From: a virus
Lineage: Duplodnaviria; Caudoviricetes
IMG/VR virus record: IMGVR_UViG_3300024325_000005
Location: 1-42,263 of that record
DNA length: 42,263 bases
Reading direction: 5' to 3' (one strand)
The notes beneath the pieces are model-generated. The model had not been told where the DNA came from. It worked only from the letters and a program-made list of their open reading frames with translations, and searched no databases. Positions 25,683 through 34,461 of the stretch are shown here, one piece after another. The position numbers and the translations under genes were made by a program. Numbering within the stretch: position 1 is the first letter of the stretch; the number at the start of each line of letters is the position of its first letter.

Positions 25683-27130
25683 TACCTCACTTTTTCAGGG
25701 GTCCCGCCGCCGTCGTATGTGATGGTCCCGCTGACCGTGTAGGTGATCGTGACGTTCGTGCCATTCTTTGCGCGGACTTGAATGCTCGGGAGCGGGAAGG
25801 CCCCAACCTGGTTGATAATTCCGGTCCCCGCGCCCAGGTACAAGTGGATGGTCTGTGCGGTCCCGTGCGTGTCGGTGAAATTGACGTCGGGGGTAACGCT
25901 GCCCCCAATGCCGGTCGCCGTCACCACGACGTTCGCGCTGACCCGGACCACTTCGTTGCTGCCCCCGACGGTGTAGGTGGCCACGGTTTGGGTCGTGGTT
26001 TGAGCCAGCAGGTCGGACGGCGTGCCGACCAGTTGCGCCGACGAGCCGCCCCCGCCGCCGGCGGCCCACGACGGTACGCCGGCGGCCAGGGTCAGGACGT
26101 ACCCGTTCGGCGCACCGCCGAGGGACAGGATGCTAAAGCCGCTCGGGCTCGACGAGTCGTAATAGAGAACGTCGCCGGTGGTGAGCGTCGCGCCGCCGAC
26201 GATCTCCGAGGGGAAGAACCAGCGGCCGCCCTGGAACGCCACGCGGTTGCCCTGGATCCGCCCGAGCGCGTGCGTGGGCTCCGGCTCAGGTCGCCCCGCG
26301 CCGCCGGAGCGCCCGCCCAGCCAGCTCCCGTCGTTAGTCGCACAGCCGGAAATCAAACCGTTTTCGTCGTAGGTCAGGTGCTGTCCCGGCGGGCAGTGGA
26401 TCATCGGGGGCGGCCCGATCGAGGGCGGGCCGCCTGAGCCGCCGCCGTCGAAGAGACTCGTGCCGCCCGTCATGGTTTGAATCATGCCGCCGGTGGTCGT
26501 CGTTGTGGTGGGAGGTTTCGTGGTCGGCGGGCCCGAGCCGGAGCCGCCGCCCGAGGGGCAGCAGCACGGCGCATCGTCGTCGTCGTCGCCGGTGAGCAGC
26601 ACACGGGCCCAGATGCTCGACCCGGTGCCGGAATCCTTCCAGAGGATCCGGGCCGGCCCGAGACTGCCGGTCGTGAGTTGGGTCGGGTCGATCGAGGGAC
26701 CGGCGCGCGTGTCGCTGGCGTTCAGGACGGTGAGCTTGCAGGCGGTCTCGCCCGCGATGACGGCCACGCCGATCGCGTTGTTGGCGATCGGGACCTGAGT
26801 GACCACGAACGGGGACCCGGCCGCGGGCGTCACCCCGACGTAGGCGTGCCGCTCGCGGAACGTGAACTCGTTGTTGCTGGGCAGGACCAGCGGCTGCGAG
26901 ATCCCGAGGATCCCGAACTGCGGCACGTCCGAGCCGGTCGTGTTCTGGACCAGGACGTACACCGCGTCCTCGCGGCCGGCCGGCTGCACGGGGACGCGCG
27001 GCGTGTTGGACCGGCGGGCCGAGTACCAATCGGTCGCCATGTCCATCAGCGCGTTGTAGGTCTCCGCGCGGATCCGGAACTTCTCGCCGGATTGCAAATG
27101 CTCAAAAATGCCGCCGGGGGTTTTGCTCAC
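25682..27130 (-). CDS. Tail tip/fibre-like protein
   Basis: Two genes after the tape measure; Gly/Thr-rich linkers, GAPNGYVLTLAAGVPSW fibre motif, beta-rich C-terminus. Confidence 0.65.
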   Translation of the reverse strand: MSKTPGGIFEHLQSGEKFRIRAETYNALMDMATDWYSARRSNTPRVPVQPAGREDAVYVLVQNTTGSDVPQFGILGISQPLVLPSNNEFTFRERHAYVGVTPAAGSPFVVTQVPIANNAIGVAVIAGETACKLTVLNASDTRAGPSIDPTQLTTGSLGPARILWKDSGTGSSIWARVLLTGDDDDDAPCCCPSGGGSGSGPPTTKPPTTTTTTGGMIQTMTGGTSLFDGGGSGGPPSIGPPPMIHCPPGQHLTYDENGLISGCATNDGSWLGGRSGGAGRPEPEPTHALGRIQGNRVAFQGGRWFFPSEIVGGATLTTGDVLYYDSSSPSGFSILSLGGAPNGYVLTLAAGVPSWAAGGGGGSSAQLVGTPSDLLAQTTTQTVATYTVGGSNEVVRVSANVVVTATGIGGSVTPDVNFTDTHGTAQTIHLYLGAGTGIINQVGAFPLPSIQVRAKNGTNVTITYTVSGTITYDGGGTPEKVR

Positions 27131-28053
27131 GAGCCGATCCCCAGCTTGCCGATGAAGTCGTCTTCGTTGGTGGGGATGCCGCCGTTCATCAGGCCCGGCC
27201 GGCCCACTTCCTCCACGTAGGCGGTCCGCGGCGCCATGGCGATCGCGTCGTTCGCGATCAGGTATTGCTCGTACTCGAACCAGATGAACTGGTGGCCGTT
27301 CTTCACGATGTCCGGAAGCGACTGGCCGTCCTTGTTTTTGAACGTGCCGGCGGGGATCGTGACGTTGGGCGAGCGGTGGAAGTGATACGTGATCTTCCGC
27401 TGGGCCAGGCCCTGCGGCGACGAGTCGAACCCGTCGAACATCACCTCGCCTTCGGTGAAGCTACGGAAGTGGACCTGGTTCGTGCGACCGACCAGGTCGC
27501 TCAGATTTTTGATGTACCCCCAGGTGACGTACAGCGCATTCCAAACCCAGGTTTCCGACCACGACATGGACGGCACCGGGATCTCGCACCCTTTGACGCC
27601 TTCCTTACTGACCTGGATCGCGCCTTTGTAATCCGGGATATCGCGCGCGTCGCCGGTGCCCTTGGCCTTCACCACCGTGTAGAGGCTCTGGGTGATGGTC
27701 TGCTGCACGCCCTTGGCGGAGATCTGCACGTCGGGCGCGAGCGGGTCGTTCTGACCCTGCTGGTCGTTGTTCTGTTGCTGCGGGTTGTTTTGCGAGTTGG
27801 CGCCGGAGATCCCGTAGTCCACCTGCGCGGTCCAGTAGCCGTTGCCCAGGGGCGTCTGCTTCGACTTCAGGCGCCACAGCCGCATTCGCGGGTTCGGGAT
27901 ATTGCCGTAGCTGAGGGGCGCTTCCGCCTCGACGATCGCGCGCACCTCGACCTCGTCGTCGGTGTCGGAGCGGATCAAATACATGAACGTCGCCGACGGG
28001 TCCTTGCCCATCGTCGTTTCGCGCGACGTGTACATTTCGATGAAGAAGGACAT
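27127..28053 (-). CDS. Distal tail/baseplate-like protein
   Basis: Immediately after the tape measure; LVGRTN..FRSF..GEVMFDG motif. Confidence 0.6.
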   Translation of the reverse strand: MSFFIEMYTSRETTMGKDPSATFMYLIRSDTDDEVEVRAIVEAEAPLSYGNIPNPRMRLWRLKSKQTPLGNGYWTAQVDYGISGANSQNNPQQQNNDQQGQNDPLAPDVQISAKGVQQTITQSLYTVVKAKGTGDARDIPDYKGAIQVSKEGVKGCEIPVPSMSWSETWVWNALYVTWGYIKNLSDLVGRTNQVHFRSFTEGEVMFDGFDSSPQGLAQRKITYHFHRSPNVTIPAGTFKNKDGQSLPDIVKNGHQFIWFEYEQYLIANDAIAMAPRTAYVEEVGRPGLMNGGIPTNEDDFIGKLGIGS

Positions 28054-28062
28054 CCGTGTCCC

Positions 28063-29652
28063 TTAGTCAACGGTCAAGCCGGAATCATCCAGCTTGTCCG
28101 AAATGTCCTTGGTGTTCTGGGCGGTGGCCTCGCCCGCCTTCGCGATCCGTTCGGAGACCTTGGCGGCGGCCACGCCGAACGACTGGGCGAGGGCCTGACT
28201 CGAAAACGTTCCCTGCGCCAGGTCGGCCACGTTCATCGGGCCGTGCTGCAACGTCTCCACCGCCTTGGGCAACGCCTTCAGCCCGGCCTTGCGCTTCGCC
28301 TCGTCGATCAGGGCCTGCTTCTCCTTGTCGAGCTTGCCAACCTTGTCGTCGTAACGGCTGTCGCGATCGGCCCGCTGCTTCATGTGGACGTCGATCTTCG
28401 CCGCGGCTTCCTTCATTCGTTTCTTGAACGCGTCCTCGAATGAGTCGGCCGAGGTCACATAGTCCCACGCGGCTTTGAACACGGCGACCCACGCACTCAC
28501 GCCTTCCTTCAGCCCGTCGATGAAGTAGGCCCAGGCGTGGTGCACGTACTTGATCCCGCGCCAGAACTCGGCCTGGATCTCCAGCCAGGCGATTTGGACC
28601 GCGGCCCGCCAGTCGCCGGTCTTCATCGCCGCGGCGATCCCCGACCAGGTTTCCTTCACGCGGGCCCACAGCAGCAGGAACCCCTCGACGAGTTGCCCGA
28701 GCCACTGGCGCACCGCCGCGGCCGTCTCGGGGAACGCGTCCATCAGTGCGGTGAGGACTTTCCACGCGATGTAGCCTTGCATCGCGATGCCCGCGACGGC
28801 CGCCACGGTGACCACCAGGACCTTGAGCCCGACCACGACGAAGGGCAGGGCCACGCCGACGGCCGCGATCGCGGCGCCGAACCCGCCGATCACAGCGCCC
28901 GCGGCGACCAGCGCGCCGCCGATCGCCGCAACCACGACGGCAATCTGCCGATTCTCTTTCACGAACAACGTGACGTATTTGATGGCGTTCTTCACGCCGT
29001 CGACGAACGGCACCAACTGCTCGCCGAGGGCGGCGCCCAGTTGCAATGAAATCGCCTTGGGCAGCCCCAGGATCGAGTTGAGGGCCCCGTGCAGTTTCTC
29101 GGCATTCTCAACATCTTCCGAACTGAGGACCGTGGCCTTTTTCCCCTCCATGAACTTGCCGACGCCGCCCTGGTTCGCGAAGTGTCGCGACACCTGCAAC
29201 ACCTCGAGGCCGTGCCGGCCGAACTTGTCGAACGCCGCGGCCGCGGCGTTGGTCTTGCCCGGCAGCGCGTCGATTTCGGCCACGAACTCGTCGAGGCCCT
29301 TCCCGGTCTCGCGGTTGAATTTGAAGAACGCCCGGCCGAGCGTGTCCATGTCGGCGCCGGAGGCCTTCGCCGCCGCGCCCAGGGTCTGCACCGCCTCGGC
29401 CGAGATCCCGAGCCGGTCGGACGTGTGCTGGATCTCCGAGCCGCGCTCGACGAAGGTGCCGAGCGACGCGAGCAGCGGCGCGAGCATCACGCCGCCCATG
29501 CCGCCGATCCCGGCGCCGATGCCGGCGACGATCCCGCCGAACGCCTTCAGGCGGCCGGACGCTTTTTTGAGGCCTTTTTCAAACTCGGAATCTTTGGTGG
29601 AGAGTTTGACGAACGCCCGGCCGGCTTCGATCTCCGCGCTATTCCCGGCCAT
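28063..29652 (-). CDS. Tape measure protein
   Basis: IEAGRAFVKL start, Ala/Gly-rich helices, hydrophobic stretch; follows the chaperone genes. Confidence 0.85.
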   Translation of the reverse strand: MAGNSAEIEAGRAFVKLSTKDSEFEKGLKKASGRLKAFGGIVAGIGAGIGGMGGVMLAPLLASLGTFVERGSEIQHTSDRLGISAEAVQTLGAAAKASGADMDTLGRAFFKFNRETGKGLDEFVAEIDALPGKTNAAAAAFDKFGRHGLEVLQVSRHFANQGGVGKFMEGKKATVLSSEDVENAEKLHGALNSILGLPKAISLQLGAALGEQLVPFVDGVKNAIKYVTLFVKENRQIAVVVAAIGGALVAAGAVIGGFGAAIAAVGVALPFVVVGLKVLVVTVAAVAGIAMQGYIAWKVLTALMDAFPETAAAVRQWLGQLVEGFLLLWARVKETWSGIAAAMKTGDWRAAVQIAWLEIQAEFWRGIKYVHHAWAYFIDGLKEGVSAWVAVFKAAWDYVTSADSFEDAFKKRMKEAAAKIDVHMKQRADRDSRYDDKVGKLDKEKQALIDEAKRKAGLKALPKAVETLQHGPMNVADLAQGTFSSQALAQSFGVAAAKVSERIAKAGEATAQNTKDISDKLDDSGLTVD

Positions 29653-29960
29653 GCTTCCGTCCCCCTCGCCGCACGCGGTCCCTCAAGATTTGCCAGTTGG
29701 CTTGAATTTCCTCGGCCGTCGGCTCGCGGCGCTTGGGCTCGGGGCCCAGCACGTGGGGCGGCATGAGCTTCCGCACGTCCTGCGGTTTGGAGGCGAACAG
29801 GTTGTTCACCGTGGTCATGACCGCCAGGGCCTGCGCCCATTCACTCTGTTGCCGGCCGTGGGCCAGCCAGACGAGTTGTCGCAGCGTGAACGGTCGCGGG
29901 TTTACGCCTGCGACGCCCCCGAGCCGGTAGCAGAGTTCGACGAGCCGAATACGTTGTCCC
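29639..29960 (-). CDS. Tail assembly chaperone extension (gpT-like), -1 frame; 5' boundary approximate
   Basis: VELCYRLGGVAGVNPRPFTLRQLVWLAHGR...; no start codon before this segment. Confidence 0.55.
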
Positions 29961-30426
29961 GGATCGTCTGCATCGTCTGCTTCAGTTCCTCCGCGTGGCC
30001 CGGCATCAGCAGCCGGTCGAGGTTGCCGGCCGCGATCGCGTCCGCCAGTTTGGTCAGTTGCTCCGCGCTTCGCGCCTCGATCGCCGCGACCCGTTCCTTC
30101 AGCACCTGGTCGAGCCGCCGGAGGATCGGGGCGGCTTTCGGGAAAAAACGGATCAACTCCTCGGCCACGGCGTCGCGGGCCGCGGCGACGACGTCGGCCG
30201 TGTCGAGGCCGCGCTTCACGTCCCGCGGCGTCAGGTCGCGTTCCTTCGCCTGGTCGGCGAGCAGGCACCACAGGACCGCGGCGAAGGTCTTGGTGTCGCC
30301 GAACGCCTTCTCGAAGGCGCCGGGCTCGCCGAAGTCGATGCCGGTGCTCTCCTGGATCGTCTCGATCTCGGCGGTCGTGATGGTCAGTTCCCAGACTCGC
30401 CCCTGGCCGTCGGTGAACGCGTGCAA
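29902..30426 (-). CDS. Tail assembly chaperone (gpG-like)
   Basis: GGAGG RBS with TTG start; MHAFTDGQGRVWELTIT; lies between tail tube and tape measure genes. Confidence 0.7.
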   Translation of the reverse strand: MHAFTDGQGRVWELTITTAEIETIQESTGIDFGEPGAFEKAFGDTKTFAAVLWCLLADQAKERDLTPRDVKRGLDTADVVAAARDAVAEELIRFFPKAAPILRRLDQVLKERVAAIEARSAEQLTKLADAIAAGNLDRLLMPGHAEELKQTMQTIRDNVFGSSNSATGSGASQA

Positions 30427-30445
30427 GGCCCGCCTCCGAAAAAGG

Positions 30446-30471
30446 AACCGGTGAAGTCCACTTCACCGGTT
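30446..30471 (-). terminator. 12-bp inverted repeat / terminator that also matches the origin iteron
   Basis: AACCGGTGAAGT-CC-ACTTCACCGGTT followed by CCTTTTT on the minus strand. Confidence 0.65.
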
Positions 30472-30829
30472 AAGCGCCGATGTTGAACCCGAGCGCCTTC
30501 ACGTTGGCGGTCAGAGACCAGTTCAACTGGAACCGGCCCGTGGTGGGGTCGCTGTAAAGGCTTGAGACGAACGGGCCGATAATGTCGTTTTTCCCGGCGC
30601 CGATCACCACCGTGCGGGCCGTCGGGACCTGTCCGTCGAGGCCGACGCCCGATGCGTAGGGAATGGTGACTGTCAGCGGCGAGCCGTTTCCGTTTTGCAC
30701 GTAAACCACGGTCCGGCCGTCGTTCGGCCACTGGTCGGTGCCGCCGGCGTCCACCGCCGCCGCGAGCGCTGCCAGGTCGTGCCCGGACAAGCCCGCGCGG
30801 GTTGTCGTGGTGACGGTGTTTACGGCCAT
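30470..30829 (-). CDS. Putative virion protein
   Basis: Beta-rich, NDGRTVVYVQNG; GAGG RBS. Confidence 0.65.
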   Translation of the reverse strand: MAVNTVTTTTRAGLSGHDLAALAAAVDAGGTDQWPNDGRTVVYVQNGNGSPLTVTIPYASGVGLDGQVPTARTVVIGAGKNDIIGPFVSSLYSDPTTGRFQLNWSLTANVKALGFNIGA

Positions 30830-30895
30830 GAGAAAGCCCCCTCGGATTCCATAACTGCTGACTTTGCAGCATCTTGAGCAATCAGCTCGACCAAA

Positions 30896-31336
30896 CTACG
30901 GCGAGCCCGTGAACGTGAGCGGAACGAACCCGAGGCCCGGTACCACTTCGCACTCGACCTTGTCGATTGCCGTCAGGCCCTGGTCTTCCTCGAACTTGGA
31001 CATGGCCGCGCTCATGCGGATCCCCTGGTGGGAGCCCGAGACCACGGACCCGTCGAGGAAGATCATGTCGTTTTCCGTGCCGGCGTAGAACGACGTCCGC
31101 AGCGTGGTGAAGTTCGTGGCGCCCAGGTCCCAGAACAGGCCGAACGCGATCGCGATGTCCACTTCGGTGATCGCGTACTGCGCGAAGAGGCCCGACGCGC
31201 GGCGACGGCCGGGGGTCTTGTGCGCGGTGGAGTTGTCCTTCAGGTCCGCGATCTCGTTGACCTCGACCCAGGTGGGCACGCCGAAGCTGCCGGTGTTCCG
31301 GTAGGCTTTTGAATCTTTGCCGAGGACGAAACTCAT
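30896..31336 (-). CDS. Major tail (tube) protein
   Basis: LGKDSKAYRNTGSFGVPTWVEV; size and position; GGAGG RBS. Confidence 0.7.
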   Translation of the reverse strand: MSFVLGKDSKAYRNTGSFGVPTWVEVNEIADLKDNSTAHKTPGRRRASGLFAQYAITEVDIAIAFGLFWDLGATNFTTLRTSFYAGTENDMIFLDGSVVSGSHQGIRMSAAMSKFEEDQGLTAIDKVECEVVPGLGFVPLTFTGSP

Positions 31337-31352
31337 GGGCGACCTCCGTGTC

Positions 31353-31847
31353 TCAGTTCGACGTTACGCAGCCCGTCAGTTCCTTGGGCGCGTTGGGGAG
31401 TTCCTGGAGCAGCGCCGGGTACATGAACGGCCGCTCGCGGACCTCGACCTGGCGGACGCGCTTCCCGCGCCCCGCCGACACCAGCGACGGCCCGCCGTGC
31501 TCCAAGGAACTCAGAGCCGTCGGGCTGATTCGATTCAGCATCACCGGGCCGATCACGACCGACTTGGCCGTCGGCTCGTATGCGAAGAACAGGAACTTCG
31601 CGATCAGGCCCAGGTGCATGAAGGGCGGCTCGCCCGGTGGCGCCACCTCGCCCTTGTGTTTGTCCTTCGACTTCGACTTCACCCCGAACCCGCGAGCCAC
31701 CTTGTGGCGGAACAGCATCGTGAGGGCCGCGGTCCGGATGAAAGCCCCGATCCGACTGAACGCTTTCCGGAAGCCGCGGTCGACCGCGCGCTGCACTTTC
31801 GGGCTGTCGAAGAACAGGTCCTTCGCCTGCTCGATCGAGAACGTCAT
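31353..31847 (-). CDS. Tail completion/neck protein (HK97 gp10-like)
   Basis: FFDSPKV, PPGEPP, LEHGG, RPFMYPAL. Confidence 0.7.
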   Translation of the reverse strand: MTFSIEQAKDLFFDSPKVQRAVDRGFRKAFSRIGAFIRTAALTMLFRHKVARGFGVKSKSKDKHKGEVAPPGEPPFMHLGLIAKFLFFAYEPTAKSVVIGPVMLNRISPTALSSLEHGGPSLVSAGRGKRVRQVEVRERPFMYPALLQELPNAPKELTGCVTSN

Positions 31848-32359
31848 CACCGGGGGCGGACCTCCGTGAACGTCACACTGAGGAAGCCCAGGAACGACCG
31901 GTTGTTGAGCAGGGCCGGTTCCAGCCAGGTAAGGTTCAACTCCGGCGGCTCCTTGGCCCACACTTGGAAGTTGGCCGGCTGGCCGCCCAACTGGTAGGTC
32001 ACCGTCAGCGTGTCGAGCGCGTCCTGAATCGCCTCCAGCGTCGCGACCAGGTTGTCGATCCAGGCGTTCGGGATCGCCGCGGTGCTGGCGGTGCCCGGCG
32101 GCTCGTAGTGCTGGGCCAGGATCAACAGGCCCGAGTACGGCTGACTCTTCTTGTTCCGGGCCACCACCTCGGGCTTGCCCTCGGCGAACACGACCACGCC
32201 GGCGTAAAGCGTGTTGTCGATCTCTTCGAGCTTCTTGTCGCTCGCCCACTCGCGGCCGGCGGTGAACTGCTGGGACGGCTTTTGCCAGTCCTTGTTCCCG
32301 TCGTTCAGCCAGTTCGTCCAGGCGTCGGCGATCGCGGCGGCGCGGCAGGCCCAGTTCAT
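31847..32359 (-). CDS. Putative tail terminator
   Basis: Position between head closure and gp10-like genes; ends FLSVTFTEVR. Confidence 0.55.
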   Translation of the reverse strand: MNWACRAAAIADAWTNWLNDGNKDWQKPSQQFTAGREWASDKKLEEIDNTLYAGVVVFAEGKPEVVARNKKSQPYSGLLILAQHYEPPGTASTAAIPNAWIDNLVATLEAIQDALDTLTVTYQLGGQPANFQVWAKEPPELNLTWLEPALLNNRSFLGFLSVTFTEVRPR

Positions 32360-32715
32360 CACTTCACCCGCTTCGCGTGGATCCGGAGCTTCACGCCGAA
32401 CGGGTCGGAGTTCCGGAAGTGCGGCTCGCCGTTGTACGGCGTGACCTCGTAGGTCTCCGCGCCGTCGACGACCTGGTCGCCCTTCAGCGGAAGCCCGAAC
32501 TTCGCGGCGAGGAGCGCCGCGTCGATCAGGAAGTCGCGGTCCGACCATTCGATCCGCGAATGGTTGTTGTCCTCGATCCGGAACGGCGTCTGGCCGCGAG
32601 TCGCGAGCACGGTCAGCGTCCCGGTCCCGACGCGTGAGTAGGTCACGTTCGACGCAGCGTTCGCGGTCAGTTGCGCGGCGAGCCACTGCACGCCGGCTTG
32701 CAGCATGTCGGCCAC
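32359..32715 (-). CDS. Head closure / head-tail adaptor
   Basis: VTYSR, RDFLI, P.KGDQV, YEV, RIHAKRV. Confidence 0.7.
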   Translation of the reverse strand: MADMLQAGVQWLAAQLTANAASNVTYSRVGTGTLTVLATRGQTPFRIEDNNHSRIEWSDRDFLIDAALLAAKFGLPLKGDQVVDGAETYEVTPYNGEPHFRNSDPFGVKLRIHAKRVK

Positions 32716-32724
32716 GGCGCCCCC

Positions 32725-33156
32725 TTACGGCTGCACGACCGGCGGCGGTGCATCGTCGGCGGCCGCGGCCAGTGAAACGTCGGGGACCGCCACCAGTGCC
32801 GGCGCCGGCACCGCCGGCAACTGGTCGAGCAGGTGGCGCAAGTGTTTGACGTGCATGTGAACCTCCGGCGCCTTGCCGGCCCGCACGCAGCCAACCACCA
32901 TTTCCTTCACGATCTTCGACGGCTGCTTCACCAGGCGGCCGAGGGCGATGACGTCGGCCGGGTCGACGCAGGCCGTGCGGGCGTGCTCGCACCGGAGCTT
33001 GTGCGCGGCCAGCGCGTCCGCGTCGAATTCGCTGTGGTGCATGTCGGTGTCGCGGTGGATCCACACGTGAATGCCGTCCTCGTCGGCCAGCACCTCGGCC
33101 GAGGGCAGGGCGGCGCGGACGCGGATCAGGGCCTCGGCGATGGTCGCGGCGTTCAT
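32725..33156 (-). CDS. Hypothetical protein
   Basis: MNAATIAEAL; GGAG RBS. Confidence 0.6.
   Translation of the reverse strand: MNAATIAEALIRVRAALPSAEVLADEDGIHVWIHRDTDMHHSEFDADALAAHKLRCEHARTACVDPADVIALGRLVKQPSKIVKEMVVGCVRAGKAPEVHMHVKHLRHLLDQLPAVPAPALVAVPDVSLAAAADDAPPPVVQP
32796..32811. repeat. Dispersed 16-bp palindrome, copy 4
   Basis: GTGCCGGCGCCGGCAC. Confidence 0.9.
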
Positions 33157-33158
33157 GG

Positions 33159-34130
33159 TCAGACTCCGTTCGTGCTTTGCTCGGCGGTCCGGCACCCGAG
33201 GAAGTTAATTTTGACTTCCATCACGTCGGTACTGATGGTCTTCCCCAGCCAGGCCAGGAGCTTCATGTTGCTGGCGCCCGCGGCCAGGTTGAACACGGTG
33301 GCGATCAGGACCTGCACGCCGTTCACGTACATGCCGCAGCTGGCCGGGTTGCGCAGGTCGATCCAGAACTCGACCGGCGTTCCCGCGGTGTAGGTCTTGG
33401 TCGTGCTGGTTTTCGGGACCGTCGTGGTGCCGTCCGACGACTGCGCGTTGATCGTGGTGTTGTTCGAGTCAATCTCGAAATAGATGTACTCGGTCACCGA
33501 CGGCGGGCTGGTCGCGTGCGTGCCGCTGGCGAGGCCCAGGTAGAACTTCGTGTTGGCGGCGGCGCCGCCGTTCACCACGGTCGCCACGCCGCGGACGATC
33601 CCCTTCGCGCCCGTCAGAACGTAGTCATCGCTCAGCGCGTCGACCTTTTGCGCTTCGTTCGTGCTGTCGAGCAGGAAGTCGAGGCCGCCCTGGTAGGTCA
33701 GCGTCGGCTTGCCCGCCGTCAGGATGATCGCCGGCGTGAACGTGTTGTTGTCCCGGCCGAACAGCCGGACGTCATACGCCGCGCGGACGTTCAGGTTCAC
33801 CGAGGCGACGACGTCGGTGTTCAGGGCATCGCCGTAGGCCGTGCCCATGAAATAGCCGCGGTTGGCCGGCAGCCGCTGCCAGGTCGCGACGCCGTTGGTG
33901 CGGTCCCAGAACACGTCGCCGCCGTCGAGCAGGGAATACCCCGAACTCTTCGGCACGCTCACAATGCCCGAGGCCTTGAACGCTGAGCGCGGGTCGCCGC
34001 TCGACGCGGCGGTCACCCCCAGGTACAGGGCGGCCCGGCCGTCGCGGAGCTGGATGATCTGGTTGACCGGGACCGCCGCCTGCGGCGTGATCCGCATGTC
34101 GTCCCAGTCCCGCACGTAGTTGGTCGCCAT
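33159..34130 (-). CDS. DUF2190-like capsid cement protein with C-terminal beta-sandwich extension
   Basis: MATNYVRD..TPQAAV..GIVSVPK..GGDVFWD..VNLN, then about 200 aa beta-rich domain. Confidence 0.7.
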   Translation of the reverse strand: MATNYVRDWDDMRITPQAAVPVNQIIQLRDGRAALYLGVTAASSGDPRSAFKASGIVSVPKSSGYSLLDGGDVFWDRTNGVATWQRLPANRGYFMGTAYGDALNTDVVASVNLNVRAAYDVRLFGRDNNTFTPAIILTAGKPTLTYQGGLDFLLDSTNEAQKVDALSDDYVLTGAKGIVRGVATVVNGGAAANTKFYLGLASGTHATSPPSVTEYIYFEIDSNNTTINAQSSDGTTTVPKTSTTKTYTAGTPVEFWIDLRNPASCGMYVNGVQVLIATVFNLAAGASNMKLLAWLGKTISTDVMEVKINFLGCRTAEQSTNGV

Positions 34131-34137
34131 CCGTGGC

Positions 34138-34401
34138 TCACCATTCCGCGACCAGGTTCGACGCCGAGGTGCCGTTACCGGTCGAGTAAATCTTCGTGGC
34201 GCGGATCGTGAGGTACGTTCCGGCCTGCACCGCGGTGTAGAGGATGCCCGTCTGCCCGCCGGCGAGGTCGACCTTCACGTTCCCGGTACCGCCGACGAAG
34301 ATCCGTTGCGTCGGCGGGGTGAACGCGGTGTCGCTGGCCAGGTTCACGGCGGCGGCGTTGTTGTTGCCCGGCACCGCGCGCTGGAGGTCTTCAAAAGTCA
34401 C
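34138..34401 (-). CDS. Head spike base protein (RcGTA Rcc01079-like)
   Basis: RIFVGGTGNVKV...V.AGTYLTIRATKIYSTG..ASNLVA. Confidence 0.72.
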   Translation of the reverse strand: MTFEDLQRAVPGNNNAAAVNLASDTAFTPPTQRIFVGGTGNVKVDLAGGQTGILYTAVQAGTYLTIRATKIYSTGNGTSASNLVAEW

Positions 34402-34412
34402 GGCCCATCCCC

Positions 34413-34455
34413 GCTTGTCCGCGCGGCCTGTCCGCGCTTGTCCGCTTGTCCGCGC
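34413..34455 (-). repeat. Four GCGGACA repeats in the intergenic leader
   Basis: TGTCCGC at 34416, 34429, 34439 and 34447 on the plus strand. Confidence 0.75.
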
Positions 34456-34461
34456 CGCGGC

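Noticed and set aside
23803-27130. Diversity-generating retroelement acting on tail genes
   Set aside because: No reverse transcriptase ORF and no TR/VR repeat pair seen
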